DNA of 52,690 nt from the IMG/VR virus record IMGVR_UViG_3300020020_000040, positions 1 to 52,690 of that record. One strand, 5' to 3'. Below the pieces are notes generated by a model. The model searched no databases. It saw nothing but the letters and a program-made list of their open reading frames with translations, and had not been told where the DNA came from. Position 1 is the first letter of the stretch. Every line of letters begins with the position of its first letter. A program made the translations under genes and the position numbers. The stretch comes from a virus (lineage: Duplodnaviria; Caudoviricetes). Shown one piece after another: positions 38,106 to 48,107 of the stretch.

Positions 38106-39320
38106 TCAAATGTCTTCGAACTGTTGCTTGGCAGCACGGATGAGTACATCACCCTTGAAGTGTCGATAGTTCTCTTCACTTTGATCATCGCCAATCAACT
38201 TGTTCTTAAGGATAGCTAGACCGCGCAGGTTCTGCTGCCCGAATCCACCATCAGATCCAATACCAACAATGAAGTCAGCCTCTGCTGTCTTACCTGTCTT
38301 GCTGTTCGCCACGTTAGCCATGGAAAGGTACCGCTGACCTTCTCCAGTAGCATCCGCTTGACATACACCAATGACAGGACAGAACCTCTTTGCCAACTCA
38401 CGTGCCCAGATGTAGATTTTACCGAGTCGAATGTCCTCACGGTCTGAATAGAACCCGTCGATTTTATCAAGCTGATCGAACACAATGAGTGATGGCTTGA
38501 ACTTCTCGCACATCGCCTCAACCAAGTAGCGGCTGATTACAGCCGAGTCCTTGATCTTGATCTTATCTTGGGTCAGGTTAATGTACTGCTGTTCACTGGC
38601 ACCTAGATTCTTTTCCAGTTCCTGAACAGTCTTGCCAAGTACGGATTGGTACATCCGTAGCTGCATCTTACCACCCTGCTCTTCGTTGTTGAAGTAGATG
38701 ATAGGACCAGCGTCTGGCTTCAGTTGAGTACCCATGAATCCAACCTCACTCGCCAGCATGCAGGACTTGCCTACCTCTGGACGAGCGAAGAAGAATCCGA
38801 AGTCACCCACTCGCAGAGAACCCAGTGCTTTGTTGAGAACCTTCAGTCTCCAACGCAAGCCAGGTGTTTGCTTCTGCTCAAGCAGGATCTTTTGCAGCGA
38901 GGAATTTACAAACTCAAATTCAGAATTGGGTAGTGGTGATTCAAGCTTTGCCGCAAGGGATACTATGTCGGCGATGTTCTTCTTACCGAGTGATGCTTCG
39001 TATGCAGTGACTGAGAGTTCCTCTAGCAGCTTGGTAGTCTTGAACTTCTCAAGCAATGCCTTGACATTCTCATCCACCTGCACCGACTGCATCGATGCAA
39101 ACGTTAGTTGTAGTACGCCCTTGGGATCAGACATGGACGCCAATGCAGAGGCGGCCAAAGAAGAGAGTGGAACATCATCGACACTATCCTTATGGATCTT
39201 GTCGAGATGCTTAAGGATTCCCTTACCTTCGTCGGTAAACTCGTCAGGCTTGAGGTAGTTACGGTACGAGTTATAGGAGTCCTTTGATAGCAGAGCCTTC
39301 AGTACAATTGTTTCAAGCAC
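38106..39320 (-). CDS. DnaB-like (SF4) replicative helicase
   Basis: Walker A ARPEVGKS, NNEE, IVFDQLDK, CQA, AEAD, KNK. Confidence 0.9.
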   Translation of the reverse strand: MLETIVLKALLSKDSYNSYRNYLKPDEFTDEGKGILKHLDKIHKDSVDDVPLSSLAASALASMSDPKGVLQLTFASMQSVQVDENVKALLEKFKTTKLLEELSVTAYEASLGKKNIADIVSLAAKLESPLPNSEFEFVNSSLQKILLEQKQTPGLRWRLKVLNKALGSLRVGDFGFFFARPEVGKSCMLASEVGFMGTQLKPDAGPIIYFNNEEQGGKMQLRMYQSVLGKTVQELEKNLGASEQQYINLTQDKIKIKDSAVISRYLVEAMCEKFKPSLIVFDQLDKIDGFYSDREDIRLGKIYIWARELAKRFCPVIGVCQADATGEGQRYLSMANVANSKTGKTAEADFIVGIGSDGGFGQQNLRGLAILKNKLIGDDQSEENYRHFKGDVLIRAAKQQFEDI

Positions 39321-39987
39321 TTAGTTCATTAAGGTTATCTTTGAAGTGGAACACAGAGTACGGAGCCAGCGGCTCGATGAGCGCAAGCATTTGTTCTGCT
39401 ACCTCACGGATCTCCTTCTGTGCGTGAGCATGCAGACGTAGGCGCAGGAAGTGGAACAGGTTATGGAGATCCACAGTACAGTAGAACCGTGTCATGATAG
39501 ACACAGGCAGCACGGTACGTGCGTACTCCCTTGACACACCAGCATCAAGCAATTCTGAATACAAACTATACGCAGAATCTTGGTGTTGTTTAATAACAAC
39601 CAACCAATCTTGATCTACAACACCATCACCAGACATCTGCTTGTTGCCCTTAGCTTGAGTAGGCAACACATCTGGTGTAAAGAAATCACTGGGCAATTGT
39701 GTATAGCGCGCACTGACTTCGTTGTAGCTGAAGGTACGATGACGCATGAACTGGCGCGCAATGAAGATGGGACATTGCACATGGAATGTGAACACCGCCG
39801 CCTCGAAAGGCGACGTATGTTTATTCACCATAAGATACTTGATAAGCTTACTATCTTTCTCTTCCGATTGTACTGTGCTATCGTTAGCATAGCTAACTCT
39901 AGCTGCTCTTACAATCTCTTTATCCAATGTCCAATCAACCGGTTTGTTTACCGGTTGTATGTAACTAATCAATTCTACACTACTCAT
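39313..39987 (-). CDS. thyX: Flavin-dependent thymidylate synthase
   Basis: AARVSY, HTSPFE, RHRTFSYNEVSARY, HAQKEIR. Confidence 0.95.
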   Translation of the reverse strand: MSSVELISYIQPVNKPVDWTLDKEIVRAARVSYANDSTVQSEEKDSKLIKYLMVNKHTSPFEAAVFTFHVQCPIFIARQFMRHRTFSYNEVSARYTQLPSDFFTPDVLPTQAKGNKQMSGDGVVDQDWLVVIKQHQDSAYSLYSELLDAGVSREYARTVLPVSIMTRFYCTVDLHNLFHFLRLRLHAHAQKEIREVAEQMLALIEPLAPYSVFHFKDNLNELSA

Positions 39988-40019
39988 ATTTATCCTATAA
40001 CAATTCTTTCTATACAACT

Positions 40020-40048
40020 ATTATAGCAGTACAGTGAAAAGATGTCAA
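40020..40048 (-). promoter_or_regulatory. Consensus sigma70 promoter for the thyX/replication genes
   Basis: Minus strand TTGACA (40048-40043), 17 bp, TATAAT (40025-40020). Confidence 0.9.
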
Positions 40049-40054
40049 GCATCT

Positions 40055-40621
40055 TTACATAACTTTACAGTGAACCTTGTCTGTGAACGTACAGACTGTG
40101 TCATTGACGTGGTTCCATGTCATACAGTAGTCATACATTGTAGGATTTACACGGTGTAATCCTCTCGGCTGGTTGCGCATGTCCAGACGCATCTGTACCT
40201 GGGTTCCACCGAACCAGTCCAGGTTAACAGTACCTTCCTCTATGAACCCATACACCGCGAACAGCCGGTCTAATGGGGGCACAGTCGTTATCATCACACT
40301 CTCTTGGTGTGTGTACAGGGCAGTCAAGAAAGCCGCCTTAAACAGTGCCTGACGGGCTGCAAACGCCTCTCTCCTGTTGCCAGTGACAGCCAACCGTTCA
40401 AACATACACTCATCACCCAGTACCACACGGATAGATGCACCTACCCTACCGTAATCGTCCTTCGTGTAGTATAGTGCAGTATTCTCAGCCTCATCTATAT
40501 CCTCTAATTCTATGACCATTGGTCTGTTGTGGTGAGAATAAGCCTTCTTGCGTAGTTCAACGACCCGACTGCGGTCCTCGCTGGTTACTGCAAGATGGAC
40601 TTTGTTCACCAGAAACGCCAC
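40055..40621 (-). CDS. GNAT-fold N-acyltransferase, LuxI / FeeM / OlsB-like
   Basis: ELRKKAY, ELEDIDE, GRVGASIRVV, ERLAV, ..RLFAVYGF match the acyl-ACP-dependent synthase pattern. Confidence 0.6.
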   Translation of the reverse strand: MAFLVNKVHLAVTSEDRSRVVELRKKAYSHHNRPMVIELEDIDEAENTALYYTKDDYGRVGASIRVVLGDECMFERLAVTGNRREAFAARQALFKAAFLTALYTHQESVMITTVPPLDRLFAVYGFIEEGTVNLDWFGGTQVQMRLDMRNQPRGLHRVNPTMYDYCMTWNHVNDTVCTFTDKVHCKVM

Positions 40622-41112
40622 CTAAGTTGCACTGCCACCATCGGATCGTTACCACCGACCTTGATTGGTTGAGCAAGCAACACCAGTTCAGCACGCCACA
40701 TATTGACAATGAACTCCGGTGCCACGATGGGCATCACAATACTCTTGTAACCTGTAGCGCCGCCAACCGCCAGCCCGAGTTGGAATGGTCCTACGCGACC
40801 GGTCTTCCACTCTTTCGCAATGTACAGGCTCTGCTTGTCATGACTGTTCCGATAGGTACCGAACATCATACCATACAACGGACCCTCATCCACCCGGATA
40901 CCAAACCCGACGTTGTTCTGTACGTATGGTTTGCCAGTGGTCGAACTGATATCACTGCCGTAGTGCTGTGACAGGAAGCCACTCATGAAGGTGATGTTGG
41001 CACCTGCTGCCTTCGACTCACCGCACCATGCGATTGCATAGACAGCAAGGAAGATAATCAGGACATACATAAAGATCTTACCAGGCCGAGGATTAACATC
41101 ACGCTTGTTCAT
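40606..41112 (-). CDS. PagP-like outer-membrane beta-barrel (putative lipid acyltransferase)
   Basis: Signal peptide, SQH, QNNVGFG, YRNS, GGATGY, amphipathic strands, C-terminal VQLRWRFW. Confidence 0.6.
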   Translation of the reverse strand: MNKRDVNPRPGKIFMYVLIIFLAVYAIAWCGESKAAGANITFMSGFLSQHYGSDISSTTGKPYVQNNVGFGIRVDEGPLYGMMFGTYRNSHDKQSLYIAKEWKTGRVGPFQLGLAVGGATGYKSIVMPIVAPEFIVNMWRAELVLLAQPIKVGGNDPMVAVQLRWRFW

Positions 41113-41807
41113 AATACCAGAAACTCCTTGATTTGTTCGTCGTTGTAATCCTTTGGATCCTTCAACGAATATATAACGTCACAACTAGGTAGGAATAGTG
41201 ACAAGGTACACGACAGGTCAATGGCATCGAGATACTTGTCAGCATCTAGCCAAATCGTGACGCTATTAAAGCCACTAACAAACTTTGTACCGACAGCAGA
41301 GAGGACAGAGCCAAACAAGCACAGACAGGGAAGATGCCGAGCGACTTTAATACCAGACACAATGTCTTCAACCAACACAAGGCTAGAACTACTGTTGCCA
41401 GCATATTCATTGAGAGTAGGAACCAGACTATCATGTGGCTTACTCCCGTAGCTGCGTGTCTTGGGCTTACGTCCATCCACTGCCCTGAATTCCATGAACC
41501 CTTTTACTGAGTAAAAATGTTTGCCAGTAACCCTGTCCATCTTGAAGTGGGTGTTAATCTCTTGGTCTGTTAGACCGTAAGACTTGAGCCACTCATAGTT
41601 CTGTGTCCCCCTGATTGGGACTTCAATGGTGTTAGGAAATACTACCTCATCATCATCTTCCAATACTTTAGGAGTGAAGATCCGCCCACTCTTATGATAT
41701 CCACAAGAGAAGCAGTGATACCCACCATCAGGATAGGTGACTAGGTTATCACCAGACCTATCCTTACCGTGGTCTCTACATCTCGGACATGGACTCTTAA
41801 CTTTCTT
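41109..41807 (-). CDS. DNA primase (Zn-binding plus TOPRIM); start codon unresolved
   Basis: In-frame CPRC..DNL.YPDG..HCFSC upstream of the annotated TTG; LVLVEDIVS, LFGS, WLDAD, KDPK. Confidence 0.85.
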   Translation of the reverse strand, partial: KKVKSPCPRCRDHGKDRSGDNLVTYPDGGYHCFSCGYHKSGRIFTPKVLEDDDEVVFPNTIEVPIRGTQNYEWLKSYGLTDQEINTHFKMDRVTGKHFYSVKGFMEFRAVDGRKPKTRSYGSKPHDSLVPTLNEYAGNSSSSLVLVEDIVSGIKVARHLPCLCLFGSVLSAVGTKFVSGFNSVTIWLDADKYLDAIDLSCTLSLFLPSCDVIYSLKDPKDYNDEQIKEFLVL

Positions 41808-42621
41808 TCACTCCTACAAAGAACCCCTGGTGTTCAGCAACGAGGCATTGGGTTGATTTTTTAATATGAACAGAAAGGTCACTGATTTCTTCAGGCTCTT
41901 CGTAATCACCATAGACTACATTCGTGTTGACTGGTTTGTTTGCAGTGAACACAGGCACACCGGACAGCCACTTCCCTGTGGTCCCGCCGATAGACAACAG
42001 TACCCCGCGACGTGGTCCCTTGGTAACAAAGAACATTGTGTTGCTGGACTTGGCATACGGAACGATCGTAAAGTCGTAATCCTTCTTCGTGATCAGACCT
42101 TGGAAATCCTCCAGACTTTTGTTCAGCTTGACGGGCTGGACAGGCTGACTTACAAGTATATCAATCTCATGAGAGGGAATACTCCAATCATAGGCCAACT
42201 CACTGAACACCTCAGTAAGAGTACGACTAGAGTCCAAGTAGTTAATAGCATCATGTAGATTAATGCCATTGGGATAGAACTGGCACAACCTGTTAGGACT
42301 CAGGAGTGAGTACATAACAGACGATTGCTTAACTACAGTTCCAAACGCATGGATGAACGAGCTAGTTCCAATGTAGTTGTTATACGCCTTGGACAACACA
42401 ACCATATTGGTTTCTTTGGATACTAGGAACGTGAATCCCGCCGACGTAGTGACCCGAACATACCTAAAGAAGTCGATATCCTCAGAGTACTCATCCTTCC
42501 ACATCTCCATCTTGGCTTTGCCGATGAGGAATGGGGAGTACGAACTGACTTTGCGATAGCCCTCATCATCACGCCAGAGATTGGACTCAGCCAGGAGTTC
42601 TGCTTTAAGCAACGGACTCAT
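41797..42621 (-). CDS. Hypothetical protein
   Basis: 274 aa ORF abutting its neighbours. Confidence 0.65.
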   Translation of the reverse strand: MSPLLKAELLAESNLWRDDEGYRKVSSYSPFLIGKAKMEMWKDEYSEDIDFFRYVRVTTSAGFTFLVSKETNMVVLSKAYNNYIGTSSFIHAFGTVVKQSSVMYSLLSPNRLCQFYPNGINLHDAINYLDSSRTLTEVFSELAYDWSIPSHEIDILVSQPVQPVKLNKSLEDFQGLITKKDYDFTIVPYAKSSNTMFFVTKGPRRGVLLSIGGTTGKWLSGVPVFTANKPVNTNVVYGDYEEPEEISDLSVHIKKSTQCLVAEHQGFFVGVKES

Positions 42622-43680
42622 TTACTTCACCACCGAATACGTAATTGGGATCGTTTGGCACTTAGCCACTTTGATTGTATCAGGAACAAAGGTGTCTGTC
42701 ATATCTTCCAATGGGTCATGTTCACAATCACCAAGAAGAACTAGTTCTCGTCTAGCATTGATTCGATCAAATATATCAATCTCCAACCACGTACCCAAAT
42801 CCCTTTTCAAGATGCCTACTGTACCACGGTGAAGACCAGCTACCACAAAGAACAATTTGTAGGTATTACTCTTAAGAGAGAACGAATTTAGTGAAGATAG
42901 GAACGTTAGGACAACAGAATGTAGCGTCGAGCCAGACACCACATCAGAGATTTTACTCGGTAAAACAAAATCAATCTTTAGCTCAGTGGTTGATTCTGGT
43001 TCTTTATAGTCAAAGGCATCAAACGAAACATCAGCCTGAGGAGCAGTGTTAAATTGACTCTGACCAATGGTAAACATTGGCTGACTACCACCATACCAAG
43101 CACTCTCAATCGTCTTGACCTCCGTCGTCTTTACTGCTGGCTTGGTGGCCGGAGAGACTATGTAGTTAAGCTGCTCCTCAAAGAATCCCTTGACATGCGT
43201 CTTTTTACCGGCACTCTGTAGTTTACCATACAGACTGTAGATCGCATCCCCGGCAGCACTACTCAATCTACGGGTACTACCATCAGAGTACACAACTACT
43301 AGATCTACCCCAGGACTGCCGATCGGTACGTGATTCTTCCTTGCACGAAGACGTGTAATATCAAGCAGGCTGTAAACCTTCAGGATACTACCTGGAACAA
43401 CCATCCCCAGTTCATGAGTCAGACTGTTAGGACCAGTTCCATAACTATCAATGGATTGTTCCGGATTGAAGATGCACGAACCGTTAGGTCTTACCAGTCT
43501 CCTGCTTCCATTGGTGAACGTGACAAGATGGTACACATACAGCTGACTATAGCTTCCGAGAATGTCGCCTAGAAGAAACGCCTGATCGTCAGAAAGGAAG
43601 ATATGCCTGTGATGTGGATGAGCACCTTGGCTCGTAGGAAAGAGACCATTGATATGTACATCAACAACAGTCGGGTCCAT
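42622..43680 (-). CDS. Hypothetical protein
   Basis: 352 aa ORF, GAGG RBS. Confidence 0.65.
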   Translation of the reverse strand: MDPTVVDVHINGLFPTSQGAHPHHRHIFLSDDQAFLLGDILGSYSQLYVYHLVTFTNGSRRLVRPNGSCIFNPEQSIDSYGTGPNSLTHELGMVVPGSILKVYSLLDITRLRARKNHVPIGSPGVDLVVVYSDGSTRRLSSAAGDAIYSLYGKLQSAGKKTHVKGFFEEQLNYIVSPATKPAVKTTEVKTIESAWYGGSQPMFTIGQSQFNTAPQADVSFDAFDYKEPESTTELKIDFVLPSKISDVVSGSTLHSVVLTFLSSLNSFSLKSNTYKLFFVVAGLHRGTVGILKRDLGTWLEIDIFDRINARRELVLLGDCEHDPLEDMTDTFVPDTIKVAKCQTIPITYSVVK

Positions 43681-43682
43681 AC

Positions 43683-43856
43683 TTATTCCTCATCGCCTAG
43701 CTGATACCGCAGGTCATCACGTTCTTGTACACTGACCTCCTCCTGAATAGGCTTGAAGTCAGCTTCACACAATTGGACATAGCCCAACTTAGGGTCGGCA
43801 TAGCGACGGGTATTCTCGAAGTCGTTAAGCCTCTTATTGCAAGCGAGACAGCGCAT
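43683..43856 (-). CDS. Small Cys-containing protein
   Basis: MRCLACNKRLNDFE...LC. Confidence 0.6.
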   Translation of the reverse strand: MRCLACNKRLNDFENTRRYADPKLGYVQLCEADFKPIQEEVSVQERDDLRYQLGDEE

Positions 43857-43860
43857 CTGA

Positions 43861-44550
43861 TTAAGCAAATTCCTTTAGGGCGATAACCAGCTTCGACTTG
43901 CTGGATTTCTTGAATTGAGACACGAAGCCGGTGTAGTTATGCATCGTGCTAATGTCCAGTGCTTGAAGTACAGGACTGCCGATCAGCATGTCCGGATCCT
44001 CAATCTTGGACCAATGGTTCAGCAATTGATCGATCACATTCTTACCAACACTCAGGATGTAGGTATCCTCAGGGGAATAGCTGTCACCATTCTCCATGAG
44101 TTTCTCAAACGAGGTAGCCTTCTTCACACAGCACAGCTTGAGCATGAACGTGAAGAAACTGATCTTCCACGGGGCGTCCATTGCTTCATCGTCCCACTTT
44201 ACAATGGCTTGACTGCCATCGTTACCGACGAACTCAATACCGGTAATGTAGTTCTCAATGTTGTACTTAAGGGCATCAATCGATCCCATGTCCAGCTTAA
44301 GAGCCATGTATGGGCTCTTGACATGATGGGATTGGTGCTTATACCCATAGATGCCTTGGTTTGTGTCGGTCTTGCCCTTGCTGTTGTTATAGATCATCCA
44401 CAGGAAATCAGGCAGAAAGTCACGGCACTTGACATACGAGTGCTGCAACTGGAAGCCATCTTCCGTCTTGACTGCCCATGCAAACAGGACGTTCAGTGAT
44501 TGGCCGATCTCAGCGTAAGAGGCGGGGACTTTGGGGGCGGCGATATTCAT
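43861..44550 (-). CDS. Hypothetical protein associated with the amidoligase cluster
   Basis: AAGGA RBS; VKCRDFLPD. Confidence 0.65.
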   Translation of the reverse strand: MNIAAPKVPASYAEIGQSLNVLFAWAVKTEDGFQLQHSYVKCRDFLPDFLWMIYNNSKGKTDTNQGIYGYKHQSHHVKSPYMALKLDMGSIDALKYNIENYITGIEFVGNDGSQAIVKWDDEAMDAPWKISFFTFMLKLCCVKKATSFEKLMENGDSYSPEDTYILSVGKNVIDQLLNHWSKIEDPDMLIGSPVLQALDISTMHNYTGFVSQFKKSSKSKLVIALKEFA

Positions 44551-44559
44551 GTGTATTCC

Positions 44560-45303
44560 TTACTTAACAATAACAGATTTAAAGGTGTTCACGAAGTAGT
44601 CAGCAGTGGAATCCACCATACCAGGCGCACTGTTGATTTCCAGTACATACGCCTTATTGTAGTGCTTATTCCACACAATGTCAATAGCACCGAAGTCCAT
44701 ATCAAACGCTTGTGCTACCTTGGCAGCAGTCTCAACAACGACAGGACTCAACTCATGGTTGACACTACCGTACACATACCCATTGTCCAGATTCTGAATT
44801 TTTGAGTGCGACTCTCCAGTTTTCTTCAGTTTCTGTTTAATCAGACTGCTGGAAGCACCTTTTACCCAGTAAACTCGATATTCACGGGCTTTCTTGATGT
44901 ACTGAGTATACAACGGAACGTTGTGCAAGTCAACAGCATTATTTGCAAGGATAATACCCTTGCCGCTGTGACTATTCAGCAATGCCCTACCGACTACCAG
45001 ATACCCTTCCGAGAGCCATTCGAGGGCGACATTCTTGTCCGTTGTCCAAGGAGGAACGCAGTCCCCGAGACCTGCCTTGGTGATTTGCTGGAAGAACTCC
45101 AATTTGTTGCCGATCGGATTGGCATTGAGGATCTTTGCCACGGGGAATTCTGGAATAGACGCACTGCCCCAATTGATAATGACATCAGTTGCCTTTGGTT
45201 TGTATTTGGAATTGGTGTGTTTAATCAGCTTCCCGCCAATCTTCGTGGCAAGCAGCTTAGCCGACTCACTTGACGGCTTATATGGATAAACAAAGATCCT
45301 CAC
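44560..45303 (-). CDS. ATP-grasp (RimK/glutathione synthetase-like) ligase
   Basis: INWG, NK, HSGKGI, YIKK.REYRV, DFGAIDI, LEINSAPG; GTG 45303 overlaps the upstream stop. Confidence 0.88.
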   Translation of the reverse strand: MRIFVYPYKPSSESAKLLATKIGGKLIKHTNSKYKPKATDVIINWGSASIPEFPVAKILNANPIGNKLEFFQQITKAGLGDCVPPWTTDKNVALEWLSEGYLVVGRALLNSHSGKGIILANNAVDLHNVPLYTQYIKKAREYRVYWVKGASSSLIKQKLKKTGESHSKIQNLDNGYVYGSVNHELSPVVVETAAKVAQAFDMDFGAIDIVWNKHYNKAYVLEINSAPGMVDSTADYFVNTFKSVIVK

Positions 45304-46613
45304 GCATCCTCCGTAACAGTACCAACAAATTCTTCCTGACATGCCTGACAGATCAGGCCATGGACTGTCTTGTTGATACCAGTCCGAATAGCCAGATACT
45401 CACCATGAAAATCTTGATGCATCATGGAATCACAAACAGCACAGTTATCCAGAACAAGGCTAACCAGTTCTGACTTCGTGACTTCCGATCCACATCCCAG
45501 ATACAACTTCTTATCCGGCTCTTTGAGATCAGTTACATCAACGGGTTCTAATTTCCAATAAGAGTTTTTCTCGATTTGGTACTCAACAAACTGCTTTCCA
45601 TCCCTCATGATGGTCTGGGGTGGTGACTGCAACATGCCCTCAAACGCATCAGTATCCCAATTCGGAATTTTCCAATCTGTAACGATTGACATGAGTTCGT
45701 GGCGATCTGTTATTCCTGAATACTTGTACCTTCCTCCCGGAAACGTCGTCTCCTCGATAAGAGAGAAAACGCAAAACATGTCGTCATTGGCTTGCCCTCC
45801 TTTCTTATTCTTCCCCCTGATCTTCGGAAGATGCTTGACCTTCCTTCCGTAAGGACCATCACTATCCTTAGTACCCTTCGTATAATGATAGTAGGTAGTG
45901 GTCTTGGGCTTTGGGTTTTTGATAACCGTTTCCCCCTCCATCAAAACAGAGGATTTGCCATCAAGAATGTAATGCGTATCTTCCTTCAACTCGTACAGCG
46001 TGTATCGCTTCGGATCGAACGTCTTGAACTGTCGAGGTAGGATCCAATCCATCATCGCAATTTCACTGGCCCAGAAGAACGTCTTGTCATACTCGACAAT
46101 AGAAAACGGGCGTTCTTTGTTGGCGAAGAAGTTCAGACTCTTTTCGTTGTCATCCCACCACACACAAGCATATGCACCATGGATGTCTGCAAACGCCTTG
46201 ACTCCCTTCGCAGCAACCTCACTGGTCAGCCAGTCACTGTCCACACTGAATTCAAGCGGGAAGTTATTGGTCAACGTGCCGTTATGGGCCATGGTAATGT
46301 GCCCACGAGTAAACGGATGGGCATTAGCACCCGTAACTCCACCCTTGGTAGCAGCACGATGATGGCCGATGATGGTGGCAGCATCCTTGTCCATGCTTGT
46401 TTTGAACGTCTGCCAGATACCACTACCAAACAGTTGCCACGGGGCACCCGCGGTCTTGATTGCCCTTAGATTAGCACCATCCTTGTCAACCGCTACGATA
46501 CCAGTGCCATCCATACCACGGACAACTCCAGCGAGCATCATGTTGTACATGACATTAAGCTCGGTAAAGGTCAGTGCCGCCGTAGGTCGATGAAGCCCAA
46601 AATGTCCACACAT
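45300..46613 (-). CDS. Class II (Ntn) glutamine amidotransferase with C-terminal Zn ribbon
   Basis: N-terminal MCG, RGMDGTG, GHHRAAT, NAHPF, HNGTL, VDSD, FWASE; CAVC...CQAC. Confidence 0.9.
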   Translation of the reverse strand: MCGHFGLHRPTAALTFTELNVMYNMMLAGVVRGMDGTGIVAVDKDGANLRAIKTAGAPWQLFGSGIWQTFKTSMDKDAATIIGHHRAATKGGVTGANAHPFTRGHITMAHNGTLTNNFPLEFSVDSDWLTSEVAAKGVKAFADIHGAYACVWWDDNEKSLNFFANKERPFSIVEYDKTFFWASEIAMMDWILPRQFKTFDPKRYTLYELKEDTHYILDGKSSVLMEGETVIKNPKPKTTTYYHYTKGTKDSDGPYGRKVKHLPKIRGKNKKGGQANDDMFCVFSLIEETTFPGGRYKYSGITDRHELMSIVTDWKIPNWDTDAFEGMLQSPPQTIMRDGKQFVEYQIEKNSYWKLEPVDVTDLKEPDKKLYLGCGSEVTKSELVSLVLDNCAVCDSMMHQDFHGEYLAIRTGINKTVHGLICQACQEEFVGTVTEDA

Positions 46614-46626
46614 TCGGTTTTATTCC

Positions 46627-47502
46627 TTAAAACAGGTCAGAAATGAAGTGCTTTGCAGCCAGAATCATCAAACGAGTTTCCGACCTTGTAAGTTCATCGG
46701 CTCCAGGAAGGGCAGTACCAAAAGCATCCGAGATAAATCCCGAATAGTTCTTGGTCATCGATACATCTTCCAGATTCCGAATGTGTTGACGCAAGGGCGT
46801 CTTTTCCGCATACGTATGCAATGCAGCAATGGCATTCATCCACGCACGGAGATCATCAATACTCTTGGTCCCAGGATGATGCCTGAATTCAAGCGTACCA
46901 TAATCCCGCAGATGGTAGAAATTCAACCCGCAGTATTTGAACTTCTTAAGCGAGTCACCACTGCAAATCGTCTTCTTGTCCAGCAAGTGGATGTTCGCTC
47001 CACTGCCAACAATAGGGAAACAATATGCATTGTTATGCCGCTTCCCTTCACCGACGAAGTTAAAATACAACTTCTCCGATGCGATATAGGCCGAGATCAG
47101 GACGATCAATTGCTCGATCGACAGATCATTGACACCCATATGCACATGGATACTGCACCGATGAGAAAAGACAGAGTTGGCGTTGACAGTAAAGATATAC
47201 TCCAATTCTTCGAACGCTTTCCCAAACTGCGTTCCACGAATCGGCCTGCTGATATACTCCATCCCTGAATCTTTCAGCGATCCATCACCCTCAGCATTCC
47301 ACAAAGGCATTTGGACATCACTCACCTGACACTTTTCCAATTCCACTTCCACACCGAAGCTGGTCGTAGAATCAACACCTGCGGGTGCTCCGGCGGGCGG
47401 AAATAGTTTGTTGTGTGAGATGAAGTCCGTGACGATTGGGGCCTCACTCAGCCCGTAGTACCCTAGAACCGTGTGATCGAGATATTGCAAGACGCCAGAC
47501 AT
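46627..47502 (-). CDS. Amidoligase (glutamine synthetase-fold COOH-NH2 ligase)
   Basis: FGVEVELE, GDGSL, MEYIS, CSIHVH, GTLEFR. Confidence 0.85.
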   Translation of the reverse strand: MSGVLQYLDHTVLGYYGLSEAPIVTDFISHNKLFPPAGAPAGVDSTTSFGVEVELEKCQVSDVQMPLWNAEGDGSLKDSGMEYISRPIRGTQFGKAFEELEYIFTVNANSVFSHRCSIHVHMGVNDLSIEQLIVLISAYIASEKLYFNFVGEGKRHNNAYCFPIVGSGANIHLLDKKTICSGDSLKKFKYCGLNFYHLRDYGTLEFRHHPGTKSIDDLRAWMNAIAALHTYAEKTPLRQHIRNLEDVSMTKNYSGFISDAFGTALPGADELTRSETRLMILAAKHFISDLF

Positions 47503-48107
47503 TCGGCAACCTCATGGACGTAATTGGGAAGAACCGTTACCTTGGTCATGGACTTGTTGAACAGCCCAATCACAGAATCAAGAAAGTACAGACGGCCACG
47601 CCAAAAACACATCTCCGGAGAGATCGGGCCGAATGATCCCAAAGCCTTGTCAGTATCATAGACAAGGGAATCAGGAGAGATAAGCTCCCCATCCTCTACA
47701 AACTTCGGGACCACTTTCTGAGCATCCGAAACCTTGATTTGCGGATTCCAGATTTTATACGTCGAATGGCTGACCCCTTGCTGATAAGACTTTATCATTC
47801 GCTTGATGGTAAGTACAGCCTGAATCTGGTCATCCTGAAACTTGAACTTTTCATGAGTCAGGAGAGGCCAGTATACGGGCGGCAGTTGGATATAGACAGG
47901 ATGAAGATCGTCATAGGAAACGACGTCACCATCAATCCATCCATTAGGCCCCTGACCAGTAACCCTCATCGAATCCTCACCAACCTTGGTGATATAGAGT
48001 TGATAGTGTTTCCCGGTCTTTGTATCAACGCACGGAACCCAGGATTGATGGAACCGGAGTTGATATGCCTCCGAGTTCCATTCCTTCTGATATAGTAGTT
48101 TCTTCAT
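47463..48107 (-). CDS. Hypothetical protein within the amidoligase cluster
   Basis: ATGA overlap with the ligase gene. Confidence 0.6.
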   Translation of the reverse strand: MKKLLYQKEWNSEAYQLRFHQSWVPCVDTKTGKHYQLYITKVGEDSMRVTGQGPNGWIDGDVVSYDDLHPVYIQLPPVYWPLLTHEKFKFQDDQIQAVLTIKRMIKSYQQGVSHSTYKIWNPQIKVSDAQKVVPKFVEDGELISPDSLVYDTDKALGSFGPISPEMCFWRGRLYFLDSVIGLFNKSMTKVTVLPNYVHEVAECLASCNISITRF

